The translations under genes and the position numbers were made by a program. The notes under the pieces were generated by a model. That model saw only the letters and a list, made by a program, of their open reading frames with translations. It ran no database searches and was not told the origin of the DNA. This document shows positions 20,378-30,916 of a stretch of 64,000 nucleotides of DNA, one piece after another. Position 1 is the stretch's first letter; every line of letters starts with the position of its first letter. The stretch is from Desulfomonilia bacterium (GTDB lineage Bacteria; Desulfobacterota; Desulfomonilia; UBA1062), in NCBI GenBank assembly GCA_963664325.2, contig CAXXDQ010000003.1, positions 480,001 through 544,000 on the forward strand, written 5' to 3'.

Positions 20378-21220
20378 ATGAAACAGGTTTTCAAGCTATA
20401 TGGAAAATTTATTATTACCAAGCCTTTGAGTCTGTTCCTTGTCCTCGCCGTCTGTTCACTGGCCACTGCGCAGCTTGTACTTTTATCCAATATATCTGAA
20501 GCCCTTGTAAGTGAGAATATTCTGCCTGAATCGGTCAGAACGATAATGGTTTTTATAAAAAGCGGCACGTCTCAGGAAGAAATACAAAAGTTGCAGTCTG
20601 GTTTAGCCGGGATTAAGGGTGTTGATAGAACCATGTTTATTTCCCGGAAAGAGGGACTGAAAAAAATGAAGGAATGGCTCGGCAGCGACAGCCAGGTTGT
20701 ATCAGGCTTTGATGATAACATTCTGCCTGATGCCGTCGCTGTTATTCTTAAAGACTCTCATTTGTCATTAATGAAAAAAATCTCGACGGATATTGAAAAA
20801 ATTCCCGGTATTGATCAGACGAGGTACAACATTGAACTTGCAGGACGTACTGCATCTCTTTTTAAAGGATTTTCTGAACTGGTGATTTATATTCTTGGAT
20901 TGTATGCATTTTGCCTTGGTTTTCTTATATTTTGTTCAAATAAAATAAGACTGACAAAAAAGAATCCGCTGCTGTCTTACCGAGAGAGCCACCTATCTGT
21001 GAACCTGGCGATTTTTCTGGAAGGGGTTACATACACATTGATAGCAGCAGCAGTCGGAAGATATCTTGCTTATGTTGCGGCTGGGCAGGCGGCACTGATA
21101 GTGCCGGAAATAAGAAATCTTGTAACAATGCTGAATCTGAAGCCGGTATTAATCGGCATTGGTTTTTCTGCCTTATTCGGCATAGCTGGAACGGTCTTTT
21201 CCTTAAAGGTGCGGGAGTGA
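20378..21220 (+). CDS. ftsX: Divergent FtsX-like permease
   Basis: TM1 plus extracellular domain (FISRKEGL...LPDA); directly upstream of envC. Confidence 0.65.
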   Translation: MKQVFKLYGKFIITKPLSLFLVLAVCSLATAQLVLLSNISEALVSENILPESVRTIMVFIKSGTSQEEIQKLQSGLAGIKGVDRTMFISRKEGLKKMKEWLGSDSQVVSGFDDNILPDAVAVILKDSHLSLMKKISTDIEKIPGIDQTRYNIELAGRTASLFKGFSELVIYILGLYAFCLGFLIFCSNKIRLTKKNPLLSYRESHLSVNLAIFLEGVTYTLIAAAVGRYLAYVAAGQAALIVPEIRNLVTMLNLKPVLIGIGFSALFGIAGTVFSLKVRE

Positions 21221-22278
21221 GGATCTGTCTTAGTTTATTTGTAGTTATTCTGATGGTTCCTTTTGTTGTATGTCCTGCAAGCCTGGAAACAAGGATAAAA
21301 AAACTGGGTGAGAAGGCAAAGGTTGTTGATACCAGAAGGGCAACCGAAGAAAGGAATCTTCATTCAATTGATATAAAGCTCCGTTCAATGGAAAAAGATA
21401 TCTCAAGCCTTAAAAAAGTTATTGAACAGCGAAGAATGAAGATAATCGAGACATCAAGCCTGATTAAACTGTATGATGACGAACTCAAAAAGAACGAGGA
21501 AATATTAAGAGATAAAATCATCGACCTTTACAAAGCCCAGACCGTAGATTCCATTGAGAGTTTTTCAGGCCGGAGCAATCTGGCTCCGTATGCGGTTGTA
21601 TCAATATATGCAAGTGTCAAGGAGACGGAGAGATACAGACGCATGAAGGAACTGAAGGAGGAGGCTAAAAATTCTCTGGAAGAAGAGGAAGCAGCATTAA
21701 AAAAAGATATGAAAAAACTTGATAAAAAGATTTCCGAACTAGAAACAGAAAAGCAGAAAAAAAACAAGCTGCTTATTTCCCTGAAAAAAGAATCCATAAC
21801 ATATAAAAGTGAAATTGAAAGACTGATGCGTCAGCTTACGCAGAGAAAAAAATCAGAAGTTGTCATACCGGGAACAGGTCTCGCCAAGTTTAAGGGTATG
21901 CTGCCCTGGCCTGTTAAGGGGAAAGTTGTCCAGGGATTTGGCCGGCACAAAGAAACCGGAGTTTTGCAGATATCCCAGGGCATTGATATCAAGGCCCAGT
22001 CCGGAGAAAAGGTTAAATGCATTTATAAGGGCAAAGTAGTGTATTCAGGCTGGCTTGATATATTCGGTAACACCTTGATTGTTGATCATGGAAACGGATT
22101 CCATTCGGTTTACGGTTTCCTCGGGAAAGCAATAAAATCGCCGGGGCAGGATGTTGAAGCAAATGATTACATCGGTGTTACCGGTGAAGATGTTACACCG
22201 CCTGGAGCCAACCTTCATTTCGAGATAAGGTATAAGGGCAATGCCCTTGATCCTGCCAAGTGGCTGGAAGGAAGATAG
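21217..22278 (+). CDS. envC: EnvC-like murein hydrolase activator (coiled coil plus M23 domain)
   Basis: LPWPVKG, GIDI and LHFEIR motifs; first Zn-ligand His missing, as in EnvC. Confidence 0.85.
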   Translation: MRICLSLFVVILMVPFVVCPASLETRIKKLGEKAKVVDTRRATEERNLHSIDIKLRSMEKDISSLKKVIEQRRMKIIETSSLIKLYDDELKKNEEILRDKIIDLYKAQTVDSIESFSGRSNLAPYAVVSIYASVKETERYRRMKELKEEAKNSLEEEEAALKKDMKKLDKKISELETEKQKKNKLLISLKKESITYKSEIERLMRQLTQRKKSEVVIPGTGLAKFKGMLPWPVKGKVVQGFGRHKETGVLQISQGIDIKAQSGEKVKCIYKGKVVYSGWLDIFGNTLIVDHGNGFHSVYGFLGKAIKSPGQDVEANDYIGVTGEDVTPPGANLHFEIRYKGNALDPAKWLEGR

Positions 22279-22351
22279 TTATTATTTTACTAAAATTATG
22301 GATGTGTTATAGGGCAGGTATCCTTGGAGCAAGGAGAATACAGGAGATTAT

Positions 22352-23641
22352 ATGAATAGAACCGGTAAGTTGTGGGTAATCGTAATTATATTGATATTTC
22401 TTTCTTCAGTCTTTTTCCTTTATAAAGCGAGATTGCTTAACGCCGACACGCTTAAAATGTATCCGCAGCTTGAGAAATTCACAGACTGTCTTGAAATAAT
22501 TGAAAAGAACTATGTTGATGTCGTTCCGCCTGAAAAGCTCATTGAAGGGGCGATCAAGGGCATGATGTCCACCCTGGATCCCCATTCTGCCTACCTTACA
22601 AAGGATGCCTACAAAGAAATGCAGATCAGCACCACCGGATCTTTTGGGGGGCTGGGTATAGAAATCGGAATGAGAGACGGCATACTGACTGTAATTACAC
22701 CAATTGAAGGGACTCCCGCATTTGAAGCTAAAATACAACCCGGGGACAGGGTCCTTGAAATCGATGGTAAAACAACCTATGAAATGACGCTGGAAGATGC
22801 AGTCAAGCTTTTAAGGGGGCCAAAAGGAACAAAGGTTACAATCAAGATACAAAGAGGCACGGACGAAAAACCCTTCGAGGTGACGATAACAAGGGCCATC
22901 ATTCATATTGAAAGCGCAAAATCAATGATGCTCGAGCCCGGGTATGGTTATATCAGGATAAGACAATTTCAGATTGATACTACCGATGCAATCAAAAAGG
23001 CTCTGGTAACAATGGTACCGTTGAAAGGTCTTATCCTTGATTTGAGATATGATCCAGGTGGACTGTTAAGCCAGGCTGTAGATGTTAGCGACCTGTTCCT
23101 CGATGAAGGCAAGAAGATAGTTTACACTTCAGGAAGGGCGCAGGAGGACAAGAAGGAATATATATCCAAAAAGGGAGACAAGGCATATGAGGATTTCCCT
23201 ATAGTCGTACTGATAAACGGCGGAACAGCCAGTGCGGCAGAGATCGTTGCCGGAGCGCTTCAGGACAACAAGCGCGGAGTTGTTCTAGGGACAAAAAGTT
23301 TCGGCAAGGCCTCCGTTCAGATTATCAGGCCTTTATCTGACGGCTCGGCTCTAAAACTGACTATTGCAAGATATTATACACCATCCGGCAGGGATATTCA
23401 GGCAACAGGGATTATTCCAGACATAGTGCTTGATCAGGCGGTAAAAGACAACAATGAGGGCGACGACCTGAAGTTCATAAGGGAAAAAGATCTTAAGCAG
23501 CACCTTGAACCGTCGGGGAAAGAAGACGATTCAAAAGCGGATCCTGTGCAGAAGATGCTCAAAATTGATAATCAGCTGAAATATGCACTGGATATTCTGA
23601 AGTCCTGGAGGATTTTCAGTACAGTACAAAAAACACCATGA
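22352..23641 (+). CDS. ctpA: S41A carboxyl-terminal processing protease
   Basis: LDPHS, GLGI PDZ, DLRYDPGG, TASAAEI and FGKASVQ motifs. Confidence 0.93.
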   Translation: MNRTGKLWVIVIILIFLSSVFFLYKARLLNADTLKMYPQLEKFTDCLEIIEKNYVDVVPPEKLIEGAIKGMMSTLDPHSAYLTKDAYKEMQISTTGSFGGLGIEIGMRDGILTVITPIEGTPAFEAKIQPGDRVLEIDGKTTYEMTLEDAVKLLRGPKGTKVTIKIQRGTDEKPFEVTITRAIIHIESAKSMMLEPGYGYIRIRQFQIDTTDAIKKALVTMVPLKGLILDLRYDPGGLLSQAVDVSDLFLDEGKKIVYTSGRAQEDKKEYISKKGDKAYEDFPIVVLINGGTASAAEIVAGALQDNKRGVVLGTKSFGKASVQIIRPLSDGSALKLTIARYYTPSGRDIQATGIIPDIVLDQAVKDNNEGDDLKFIREKDLKQHLEPSGKEDDSKADPVQKMLKIDNQLKYALDILKSWRIFSTVQKTP

Positions 23642-24735
23642 GCAGTTCAGACAAACAGAAAAAAACCATATTGGCAATGATGGTTATTATAGCCGTCATT
23701 GCCGGTTTAATAATATTCTTTGAAAAAGGCCTTATAAGAATTAAAGAGCCCTCCCATGGCATACCCTCAAAGCCCGTTATTAAAAGGATAGACCCTCTCT
23801 TAGCCATTAAAGGATGTCTTTTTGATATGGGGGTTATTAAAGGGGATGTGGAGTTTAACGGCAATAGAATTGTTGTAAAGGTAAAGGAAAAAATTCCCGG
23901 GGATAAGCTTAGAGAATTGTTTGAACCTGTAAATAAAATAGGCAGAGTCGAGATCAGGGATAGCAGGCATGTCAATATTGTTCTGGATAGCCACGAATGG
24001 GAAATTGAAATTGTTTATCCCTCCGAAGCCGCCACTTCCATTCCAGAAGTAATAAAACCGGGCATAGGGAAAAAGGCCAGAATAGCAATTATAATTGATG
24101 ATATGGGCATGAGCCTCAAGACCGCCTCACGTCTGGCACAGATTGATCGCGATTTGAGTTTTTCAGTTCTGCCTTATACAGAAAGGTCGAAAGACGTAGC
24201 AATGTTCCTTCATTCAAGGGGGTGTGATGTGCTGGTGCACCTGCCAATGGAGGGGGTGGCGGGAAAAAATCCGGGCAAAGGGGCAATATTGTCATATATG
24301 GATAATGATAAGGTTTTTGCAGTACTTAAAGATGATCTGAATAATATACCTTATGCAATAGGGGCCAGCAATCACATGGGTTCTAAAATAACACAGGATA
24401 AAGAAAAAATGACCGTGATTCTCGATGAATTAAAAAAAAGGGGGTTGTTTTATATCGACAGTATGACTGCACCGAATTCCATATGTTCAGTTGTTGCAGG
24501 TGATGTTGGAGAGCCTTTTGCCAGGCGTGATGTTTTCCTGGATAATGAACTCGATTCCTTATATATATCAGGGCAGCTCGAGAGTCTTAAAAAGATTGCC
24601 GTGAAAAACGGGTATGCAATAGGTATTTGCCATCCGCATGAAGAAACGATAGCTGTTCTTGAGAAAGAGATTCCAAGGCTGAAATCCCAGGGGATTGAAC
24701 TTGAACCTGTATCTAAGTTTGTAAGAAAAAGATGA
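23638..24735 (+). CDS. Divergent polysaccharide deacetylase (YibQ-like)
   Basis: IIIDDMG, HLPME, NHMGS, FLDN and ICHP motifs. Confidence 0.9.
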   Translation: MSSSDKQKKTILAMMVIIAVIAGLIIFFEKGLIRIKEPSHGIPSKPVIKRIDPLLAIKGCLFDMGVIKGDVEFNGNRIVVKVKEKIPGDKLRELFEPVNKIGRVEIRDSRHVNIVLDSHEWEIEIVYPSEAATSIPEVIKPGIGKKARIAIIIDDMGMSLKTASRLAQIDRDLSFSVLPYTERSKDVAMFLHSRGCDVLVHLPMEGVAGKNPGKGAILSYMDNDKVFAVLKDDLNNIPYAIGASNHMGSKITQDKEKMTVILDELKKRGLFYIDSMTAPNSICSVVAGDVGEPFARRDVFLDNELDSLYISGQLESLKKIAVKNGYAIGICHPHEETIAVLEKEIPRLKSQGIELEPVSKFVRKR

Positions 24736-24742
24736 ATTATAT

Positions 24743-25165
24743 AATGTACCACGTTTTTTAGACCACAGAATAAAGTGGATTTCAGGATAGGATTTATTGA
24801 AGATTTTGTGATGAGATGATCGAGAATCATATTAGCGGGGTTGATATGAACAAGAGAAGAACGCCCACTAATGAATTCAAGGCAAGGGTGGCGCTTGAGG
24901 ATGTCCGTGGTGACAAGATGATAAACGAGATAGTATCTGATTATAAAATTCATCCCATTATGATTGCCAAGTGGAAAAATCAATTTATGGAAAGAATAGC
25001 CGGATGTGTTTGAATATGGAATGAAGGAAAAACCCGATGATGCTGAAAAGGAATAGCTTTACTAACAGATAGGAAAAAGTGAGATCGAATTGGACTGGTT
25101 GAAAAAAAGTCGGACTTATCAGTTGATGAAAAGCGGATGCTGAACGATTCTGAACATGACATGTA
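24743..25165 (+). mobile_element. Degenerate IS3-family remnant (orfA plus start of orfB)
   Basis: From 24846: EFKARVALE...IHP...KWK. After a frameshift: LY*QIGK...ELDWLKK with stops and an A7G slippery site at about 25101-25108. Truncated thereafter. Confidence 0.8.
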
Positions 25166-25372
25166 ATTACACCCACCCCGTTTTCCGATTAGCCCTAAAT
25201 TTATAAATTATATAGTTTTGGGAGCATATTTCTAAGGTTATAGCTGAGCATGATTTACCTTTCACAAGGTGTTAGTTTTGAGAGGATATGAGTTTCACAA
25301 GGATATAACAGTTCTTTTATTTCACCGTTTGTTATCTGATCTGTGTGGAAAGCATCTTTACGACTTGTTGTT

Positions 25373-26548
25373 CTATTTTTTGATTTCTTTCTCAGTAAGG
25401 TAACAGGCCGGGTCTTCGCTCCAGGGATCACCGGTTGCCGCTTCAGCCCTTGCTCTGAAATTTCCGGCACATACATCCAGCCATCTGCAGCTTGCACACC
25501 TGCCTGTAACATAATTTTTCTTATTTTTAAGTTTCATGAGGAATTCGTTGCTCTTATCATCCCATATTTCTGAAAAAGCCTTTTCCAGAACATTTCCAAG
25601 CACCTTGTTTCGCCAGAATTGGTCGGGATATACGTCGCCGTCCCAGTTGATGGAACCGATCCCGACTCCGGTTGAATTGCCGGCATTCATTTTCAAAAGC
25701 TCAAGTACATCACCAGCCCTTGGATCCTTTCGCTCAAGCATTTTCAGATATATATACGGTCCGTCCGCATGGTTGTCCACGGTCAGTACTTCCAGGAGCT
25801 TGCCCTTCTCAATGAGGGCTTTTGTCCTGTCCATGATAATTTCGAGTGTCGCGCGTGTCTGGTCATGGGGAAGGTCTTCTTCCATGAGATTTTTGCCGCG
25901 GCCTGAATAAACAAGGTGATAGAAGCATACCCTGGGTATGCCCTGGCGTTCCATGAGGTCGAAGATCTTCGGTATTTCCAGGAAATTCCTTTTGTTCATT
26001 GTGAAGCGAAGCCCCACTTTTATTCCGGCGTGCATGGCATTATCAATGCCTCTTAAGGCATTTGAGAACGCCCCGTCTACTCCCCTGAATCTGTCGTTCA
26101 CCTCTTCAAGACCGTCAAGGCTGACTCCGATATATGATAATCCCATATCGCCCAGGATTACCGCTTTTTCCTTTGTTATCAATGTCCCGTTTGTAGATAT
26201 CACAGCCCTCATGCCTGCCGATGTTGCCGCGTTGATAAGTTCGGGCAGGTCTTCCCTTATCAGGGGTTCGCCTCCGGAAAAGAGGACTACAGGCACATCA
26301 TAGTCCTTAAGGCCGGAGATCAGTTGAAGTCCCTGTCTGGTTGTCAGTTCCCTGCATGTCCCGGTTACCGATGCATAGCAGTGAACGCATTTGAGGTTGC
26401 ATCTGCCGGTTATATTCCAGACAATAACCGGTTTCTTGTCTTCAGAGAACTGCAGGAGGTGCGATGGCAGTTCATTTGACCTCCTTGAATATCTGAGCGG
26501 ATCAGACGCCTCGACTGTGCCGCAATATAGTTTGGATATACCGATCAA
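25373..26548 (-). CDS. ahbC: 12,18-didecarboxysiroheme deacetylase (radical SAM/SPASM)
   Basis: MIGISKLYCG...PSHLLQFS N-terminus, CNLKCVHC, VDNHADG and PDQFW. Confidence 0.92.
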   Translation of the reverse strand: MIGISKLYCGTVEASDPLRYSRRSNELPSHLLQFSEDKKPVIVWNITGRCNLKCVHCYASVTGTCRELTTRQGLQLISGLKDYDVPVVLFSGGEPLIREDLPELINAATSAGMRAVISTNGTLITKEKAVILGDMGLSYIGVSLDGLEEVNDRFRGVDGAFSNALRGIDNAMHAGIKVGLRFTMNKRNFLEIPKIFDLMERQGIPRVCFYHLVYSGRGKNLMEEDLPHDQTRATLEIIMDRTKALIEKGKLLEVLTVDNHADGPYIYLKMLERKDPRAGDVLELLKMNAGNSTGVGIGSINWDGDVYPDQFWRNKVLGNVLEKAFSEIWDDKSNEFLMKLKNKKNYVTGRCASCRWLDVCAGNFRARAEAATGDPWSEDPACYLTEKEIKK

Positions 26549-28026
26549 GAGACATCTCCCTTCATCAACTCCATGATCCCTTCGTCCGTGTACTCTTTTG
26601 CATAAGCAGAAGCCCTGATGCCGAGTTTTTCCATGGCCTCGGCTGTTACCGGGCCGATGGCAATAAGGGTTTTTTCCTTGATCTTATCGATCTTATCCCC
26701 TGCCAGCACAACCGCGTTTCTGGCCCCGGACGGGCTTGTGAAAACTATGGTATCGCTCTTTTTCACAAACGAAAGGAATGTTCCGGCATCAGCATGTTCC
26801 GGCATGGCCGTCTCATAGACGAAGATTTCCTCAAGCTCTGCCCCACGCGCTCTGAGTGCATCGGCAAGGAAGGGCCTTGCATCCCTGGCCCTGGGCAGGC
26901 AGATTTTCAAATCTTTAAGATCCCGGCCCTCAAGCAATTCCATTATACCCTCAGCCCTGAATTCTTCTGCCATCCTGTCTGCCTTGATCCCGAATGATGA
27001 CAGAACATCCCTGGTTTTAGGACCTATACATATTACTTCTATTCCTGCCAGGGCTCTGGCATCAAGACCTTCAGCTGAAAGGGATTTAAAAAATAACGGG
27101 ACTGCGTTCTGGGAAGTGAAGATGATCATGTCATATTTGGAAACGTCATTAATGGTGAACGGAATTTCTCTCAACTCGATGAGTGGGTAAATAAAAACCT
27201 GAGCCCCCAGGGCCGAAAAGGCATCTGCCGTTTTATAAGACAAATGTGCAGGCCTTGTAATAAGGACGGTTCTTCCTGAAAGGGGTTTTTCCTTAAAACC
27301 GAACAGTTCTTTGCTTAAGCCTGCTACTTTGCCGACGACAATTATACACGGGGAACCCATACCGCTCTTTTCCGCCGCAGTTCCCATCTCAGCAAGTGTT
27401 GACGCTACATGTTTTTGCGATGGGAGTGTCGCATCCTGAATGATCGCGCAGGGTGTTGAGGCATTCATTCCTTCCCTGATAAGCGCCTCGGAAATTTCAT
27501 TTATCCTTCCCGCTCCCATTAAAAAGACGAGCGTGCCTGTTTCCTTTGCAAGCAGGTTCCAGTCAAGGAAGCCCGATTCCTTTGAAGGGTCTTCATGCGC
27601 CGTTACGATTTTAAGCGATGCGGCGAGCCCCCTGTGGGTGGGAGGTATGCCCGCGCTGATGGGTCCCGCGATCGCAGAACTTATGCCCGGGATGATCTCG
27701 AAGGGTATGCCGTTCTCTTTCAGGAAAAGCGCCTCTTCCCCGCCCCTTCCGAACACGCAGGGGTCGCCTCCCTTCAGCCTGGCGACTGTAAGCCCTCTTT
27801 TTGAAAGCTCCAGCAGGAGGTTGTTGATCTGGGGCTGTTTTGTGTAGTCTTTTCCGGCGCGCTTTCCAACGTAGTATTTTTCTGCGGCTGGCTTTGCCAG
27901 CATCAGTACTTCATCAGGGATCAGGTCATCATACACAACGGCATCACACCCGGGAATTATTCCTGCTGCTTTCACGGTAATCAGGCCGGGGTCTCCCGGG
28001 CCGGTCCCAATCAGATATACCTTCAT
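26545..28026 (-). CDS. cobA/hemD: Fused uroporphyrinogen-III methyltransferase/synthase
   Basis: GTGPGDPGL and RLKGGDP..FGRGGEE; C-terminal FTS, IGPKT and AIGPVT. Confidence 0.93.
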   Translation of the reverse strand: MKVYLIGTGPGDPGLITVKAAGIIPGCDAVVYDDLIPDEVLMLAKPAAEKYYVGKRAGKDYTKQPQINNLLLELSKRGLTVARLKGGDPCVFGRGGEEALFLKENGIPFEIIPGISSAIAGPISAGIPPTHRGLAASLKIVTAHEDPSKESGFLDWNLLAKETGTLVFLMGAGRINEISEALIREGMNASTPCAIIQDATLPSQKHVASTLAEMGTAAEKSGMGSPCIIVVGKVAGLSKELFGFKEKPLSGRTVLITRPAHLSYKTADAFSALGAQVFIYPLIELREIPFTINDVSKYDMIIFTSQNAVPLFFKSLSAEGLDARALAGIEVICIGPKTRDVLSSFGIKADRMAEEFRAEGIMELLEGRDLKDLKICLPRARDARPFLADALRARGAELEEIFVYETAMPEHADAGTFLSFVKKSDTIVFTSPSGARNAVVLAGDKIDKIKEKTLIAIGPVTAEAMEKLGIRASAYAKEYTDEGIMELMKGDVS

Positions 28027-28027
28027 T

Positions 28028-28909
28028 CTAAGATTTCCTCCCAAGCTTCTCAAGCAGGGTTTCAGCCAGCACGGCGCCTATCTCAGGCGTCAGGCTTCTG
28101 CCGGCTGTCCTTACAATATGGCTTCCGTCTGCGGTTGCAAGCATGGCGCTCATGGATATCTCATTGTCCGATATTTTTGCATAAGCTGCCGCCGGAATCC
28201 TGCAGTCGGCCCCGAGCCTTGCCAGAAATCCCCTTTCGGCAAGCGCGCATATCCTTGTTTCAGGATCGTTAAGCTTGTCAATAAAAAGGTTCAGCTTTTC
28301 ATCTCCCTGCCTGGTCTCGATTGCAATTATACCCTGTCCGGGCGAGGGTATCATTTCATTTAAATCAATGGCAACTCCGGTGTTTAACCTGAGCCTTTTA
28401 ATTCCGGCCGCGGCAAGTATCACCGCATCGAGGTCCTTTTCAATCCTCTTGAGCCTTGTGGGCACGTTGCCCCTTATCTCCACACAAACAATATCCGGCC
28501 TGATATTCTTAAGCTGGCATATGCGGCGCAGGCTTGAGGTGCCGACCCGGGCGGATTCGGGCAAGCTTCTTATCGTATATCCTTGTTTGGAAAAAAGCAT
28601 GTCGCAAGGGTCTTCGCGCAACAGATAAGCCGCAATAAAAAGTCCGTCAGGCGATATTGACTGCATGTCCTTCAGGCTGTGGACAGCCATGTCGATTTCA
28701 TCCGACAACAGGGCGTTTTCGAGCTCTTTTACAAAAACGCCCTTGCCGCCGATAAGCGTAAGCGGTTCAGTCGAGTTGTCTCCAGCTGTCTTTATCACCG
28801 ATACCTCAATGTTCAGGCCGGGATTAACGGACAGCATCAGTTTTTTAACAATCTCTGTCTGTGCGAGAGCGAGGGCGCTACCCCTTGTGCCTATCCTTAT
28901 GTTCGTCAT
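28028..28909 (-). CDS. hemC: Hydroxymethylbilane synthase
   Basis: GTRGSALALAQ, VHSLKD, GTSSLRR and RGNV motifs. Confidence 0.96.
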   Translation of the reverse strand: MTNIRIGTRGSALALAQTEIVKKLMLSVNPGLNIEVSVIKTAGDNSTEPLTLIGGKGVFVKELENALLSDEIDMAVHSLKDMQSISPDGLFIAAYLLREDPCDMLFSKQGYTIRSLPESARVGTSSLRRICQLKNIRPDIVCVEIRGNVPTRLKRIEKDLDAVILAAAGIKRLRLNTGVAIDLNEMIPSPGQGIIAIETRQGDEKLNLFIDKLNDPETRICALAERGFLARLGADCRIPAAAYAKISDNEISMSAMLATADGSHIVRTAGRSLTPEIGAVLAETLLEKLGRKS

Positions 28910-30113
28910 CTAGTTTAAAAAGCCTCCTGGCAAATTCTATATATGTCGAAGCCGGATGGTCATTCAAAAAACTGACAGGTCGGTGCAGAAATCTTTTCAG
29001 GCCCGCTGTCAGGGCAAATTCAAAAGCAGCCTTTTCTTTATCGGATATTGTCTGTAAAGCGGTCATTTCTTTTGCATAAGATTCAATGAGGCCGTACAGG
29101 TCTTTTATCGTATCCTGGGCATTAAGCCGGGTCAGCCATCTTTCGAACAGATCCACTTCGTAGTTGATTATCTCTAAGGCTTTTCCGGTATGCAGCGCCC
29201 TTTTTGAATGATGCCTGTCTGCAACCGATTTCAATGCGTCAATATCATATAGATAGCAGTTGTAGAGCTTCCCGATCTCGCTCTCTACGTCTCTGGGTAC
29301 TGCAATGTCGATAATTATAACCTCCCTGTTCTTCCTGTATTTCATTGCCTCTGACATCATCTCCCTGGTGATGATTGGCAGGGGTGATCCTGTTGATGTG
29401 ATAATGATATCCGATGTGTCAAGCTCCTCTCTGAGTGCATCGAACGGTTTAGGGGTTCCATCGAGTTCGGATGCGAGCTTGCATGCATTTTCATAGGTCC
29501 TGTTCAGGACTGTTATTGAATTTACGCCTTTTTCCCTGAGCCGTTTACCGGCAATGGATGCCATGTCGCCGGTGCCGATAATCAATACCCGGCTTTTTTT
29601 TATGTCACCGAAGATATGGCAGGCCAGTTCAACGGCTTCAGAAGCCACTGATACGGGATAGCTGCCTATATCGGTTTCAGTCCTGACCCGTTTGGCAGCC
29701 TTGAATGCCCTGTGAAGGGCCTTGTCGAGATATATTGAGGTGATGCTGTTAGCGACGGACTCCCGGTATGCATCCTTGACCTGGCCAAGTATCTGAGGTT
29801 CGCCGAGTATGAGCGAATCAAGACCCGAAGCAACCATAAAGAGATGTCTTAAAGCCTCCCGGCCGGAAAAATATTCGGAAGATGTTTTAAGCTGATCTGT
29901 ATCCAGCCCTGATATCCCTGCCAGAAGTTCCCATATGCTGTTTTCACTGGCATATGCCCAGTATATTTCCGTCCGGTTGCATGTGCACAGCACATAAGCT
30001 TCCATCTCTTCTGAAAGAATGACGTTAAGGTCTGAAGGTTTGATTATAATTCTCTCCCTGATTGTAACAGGTGCGGTACGGTGGTTGATGCTGATGCAGT
30101 TTATTGGGTTCAT
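28878..30113 (-). CDS. hemA: Glutamyl-tRNA reductase
   Basis: TCNRTE, GLDS..GEPQILGQ and DIAVPRD motifs; ATGA overlap with upstream gene. Confidence 0.96.
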   Translation of the reverse strand: MNPINCISINHRTAPVTIRERIIIKPSDLNVILSEEMEAYVLCTCNRTEIYWAYASENSIWELLAGISGLDTDQLKTSSEYFSGREALRHLFMVASGLDSLILGEPQILGQVKDAYRESVANSITSIYLDKALHRAFKAAKRVRTETDIGSYPVSVASEAVELACHIFGDIKKSRVLIIGTGDMASIAGKRLREKGVNSITVLNRTYENACKLASELDGTPKPFDALREELDTSDIIITSTGSPLPIITREMMSEAMKYRKNREVIIIDIAVPRDVESEIGKLYNCYLYDIDALKSVADRHHSKRALHTGKALEIINYEVDLFERWLTRLNAQDTIKDLYGLIESYAKEMTALQTISDKEKAAFEFALTAGLKRFLHRPVSFLNDHPASTYIEFARRLFKLDDEHKDRHKG

Positions 30114-30916
30114 GGGAGAATCCTGAGTCCGTGCGCTCCAGGGTAAAGTATCTCGATAGATATGCCAAGCACAGCCATGACAATAAATCCGGCAAGCGTT
30201 ATTACTGCGGTGCGCCGGCCTCTCCAGCCTATTGCAAATCGCTGGTGAAGACTGAATGCAAATATTATCCACATAACGGCGCCGGAGACTATTTTAGGGG
30301 CGATAAGCGTTATCTTCAATCCGGCATTCGATGCCCAGAATCCTCCGATGATCATGCCTGCTGTCATGGCAATGAAGCCGGTACTTAGCGTTGATGCGAT
30401 TATTCTATCCAAAAGGACGAGGGGCGGAAGGTTTGATGCAGCACTGTGGATGCTCCCTTTCTTGATGAATCTTTCATGGACGAGATATACAACCGAAGCT
30501 ATTCCGGACACCATGAACAGTGCGTCTCCTGTAATTACACATGATGTGTGCAGGAAAAACCAGAAACCCAGTTTATGGACCGTGACGTGGTCAAAGCCCA
30601 AGAACCCCGATAGAAGAGAGAGTGCAAACAGGGCAAAGGGAGCGAAAAACACACCTAATGATATGGCATTTTTCAATAGTACCGCTACGATAAAGATAAA
30701 TGACGCCAGGAGGATAATCATGTTAACGGCTTGGGGAATGTTTGAAATAGGCATTTCGCCAATGCGTATTCCCAGGAGGATTGTATAGACAAGGTGCGAA
30801 AGGAAACTCAAAATCATTGAAAAAGAACATACTTTTTCAATGATGGTATTCCTGGTGAAAAGATGTAAAATCATCAGGATGACTGTTACGGCGTATAATA
30901 TCAGGACCGTACTCAC
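30110..30916 (-). CDS. CcsA/HemX-like cytochrome c assembly family membrane protein
   Basis: Multi-TM, conserved His, GxxWA and PK..W motifs; upstream of hemA. Confidence 0.8.
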   Translation of the reverse strand: MSTVLILYAVTVILMILHLFTRNTIIEKVCSFSMILSFLSHLVYTILLGIRIGEMPISNIPQAVNMIILLASFIFIVAVLLKNAISLGVFFAPFALFALSLLSGFLGFDHVTVHKLGFWFFLHTSCVITGDALFMVSGIASVVYLVHERFIKKGSIHSAASNLPPLVLLDRIIASTLSTGFIAMTAGMIIGGFWASNAGLKITLIAPKIVSGAVMWIIFAFSLHQRFAIGWRGRRTAVITLAGFIVMAVLGISIEILYPGAHGLRILP

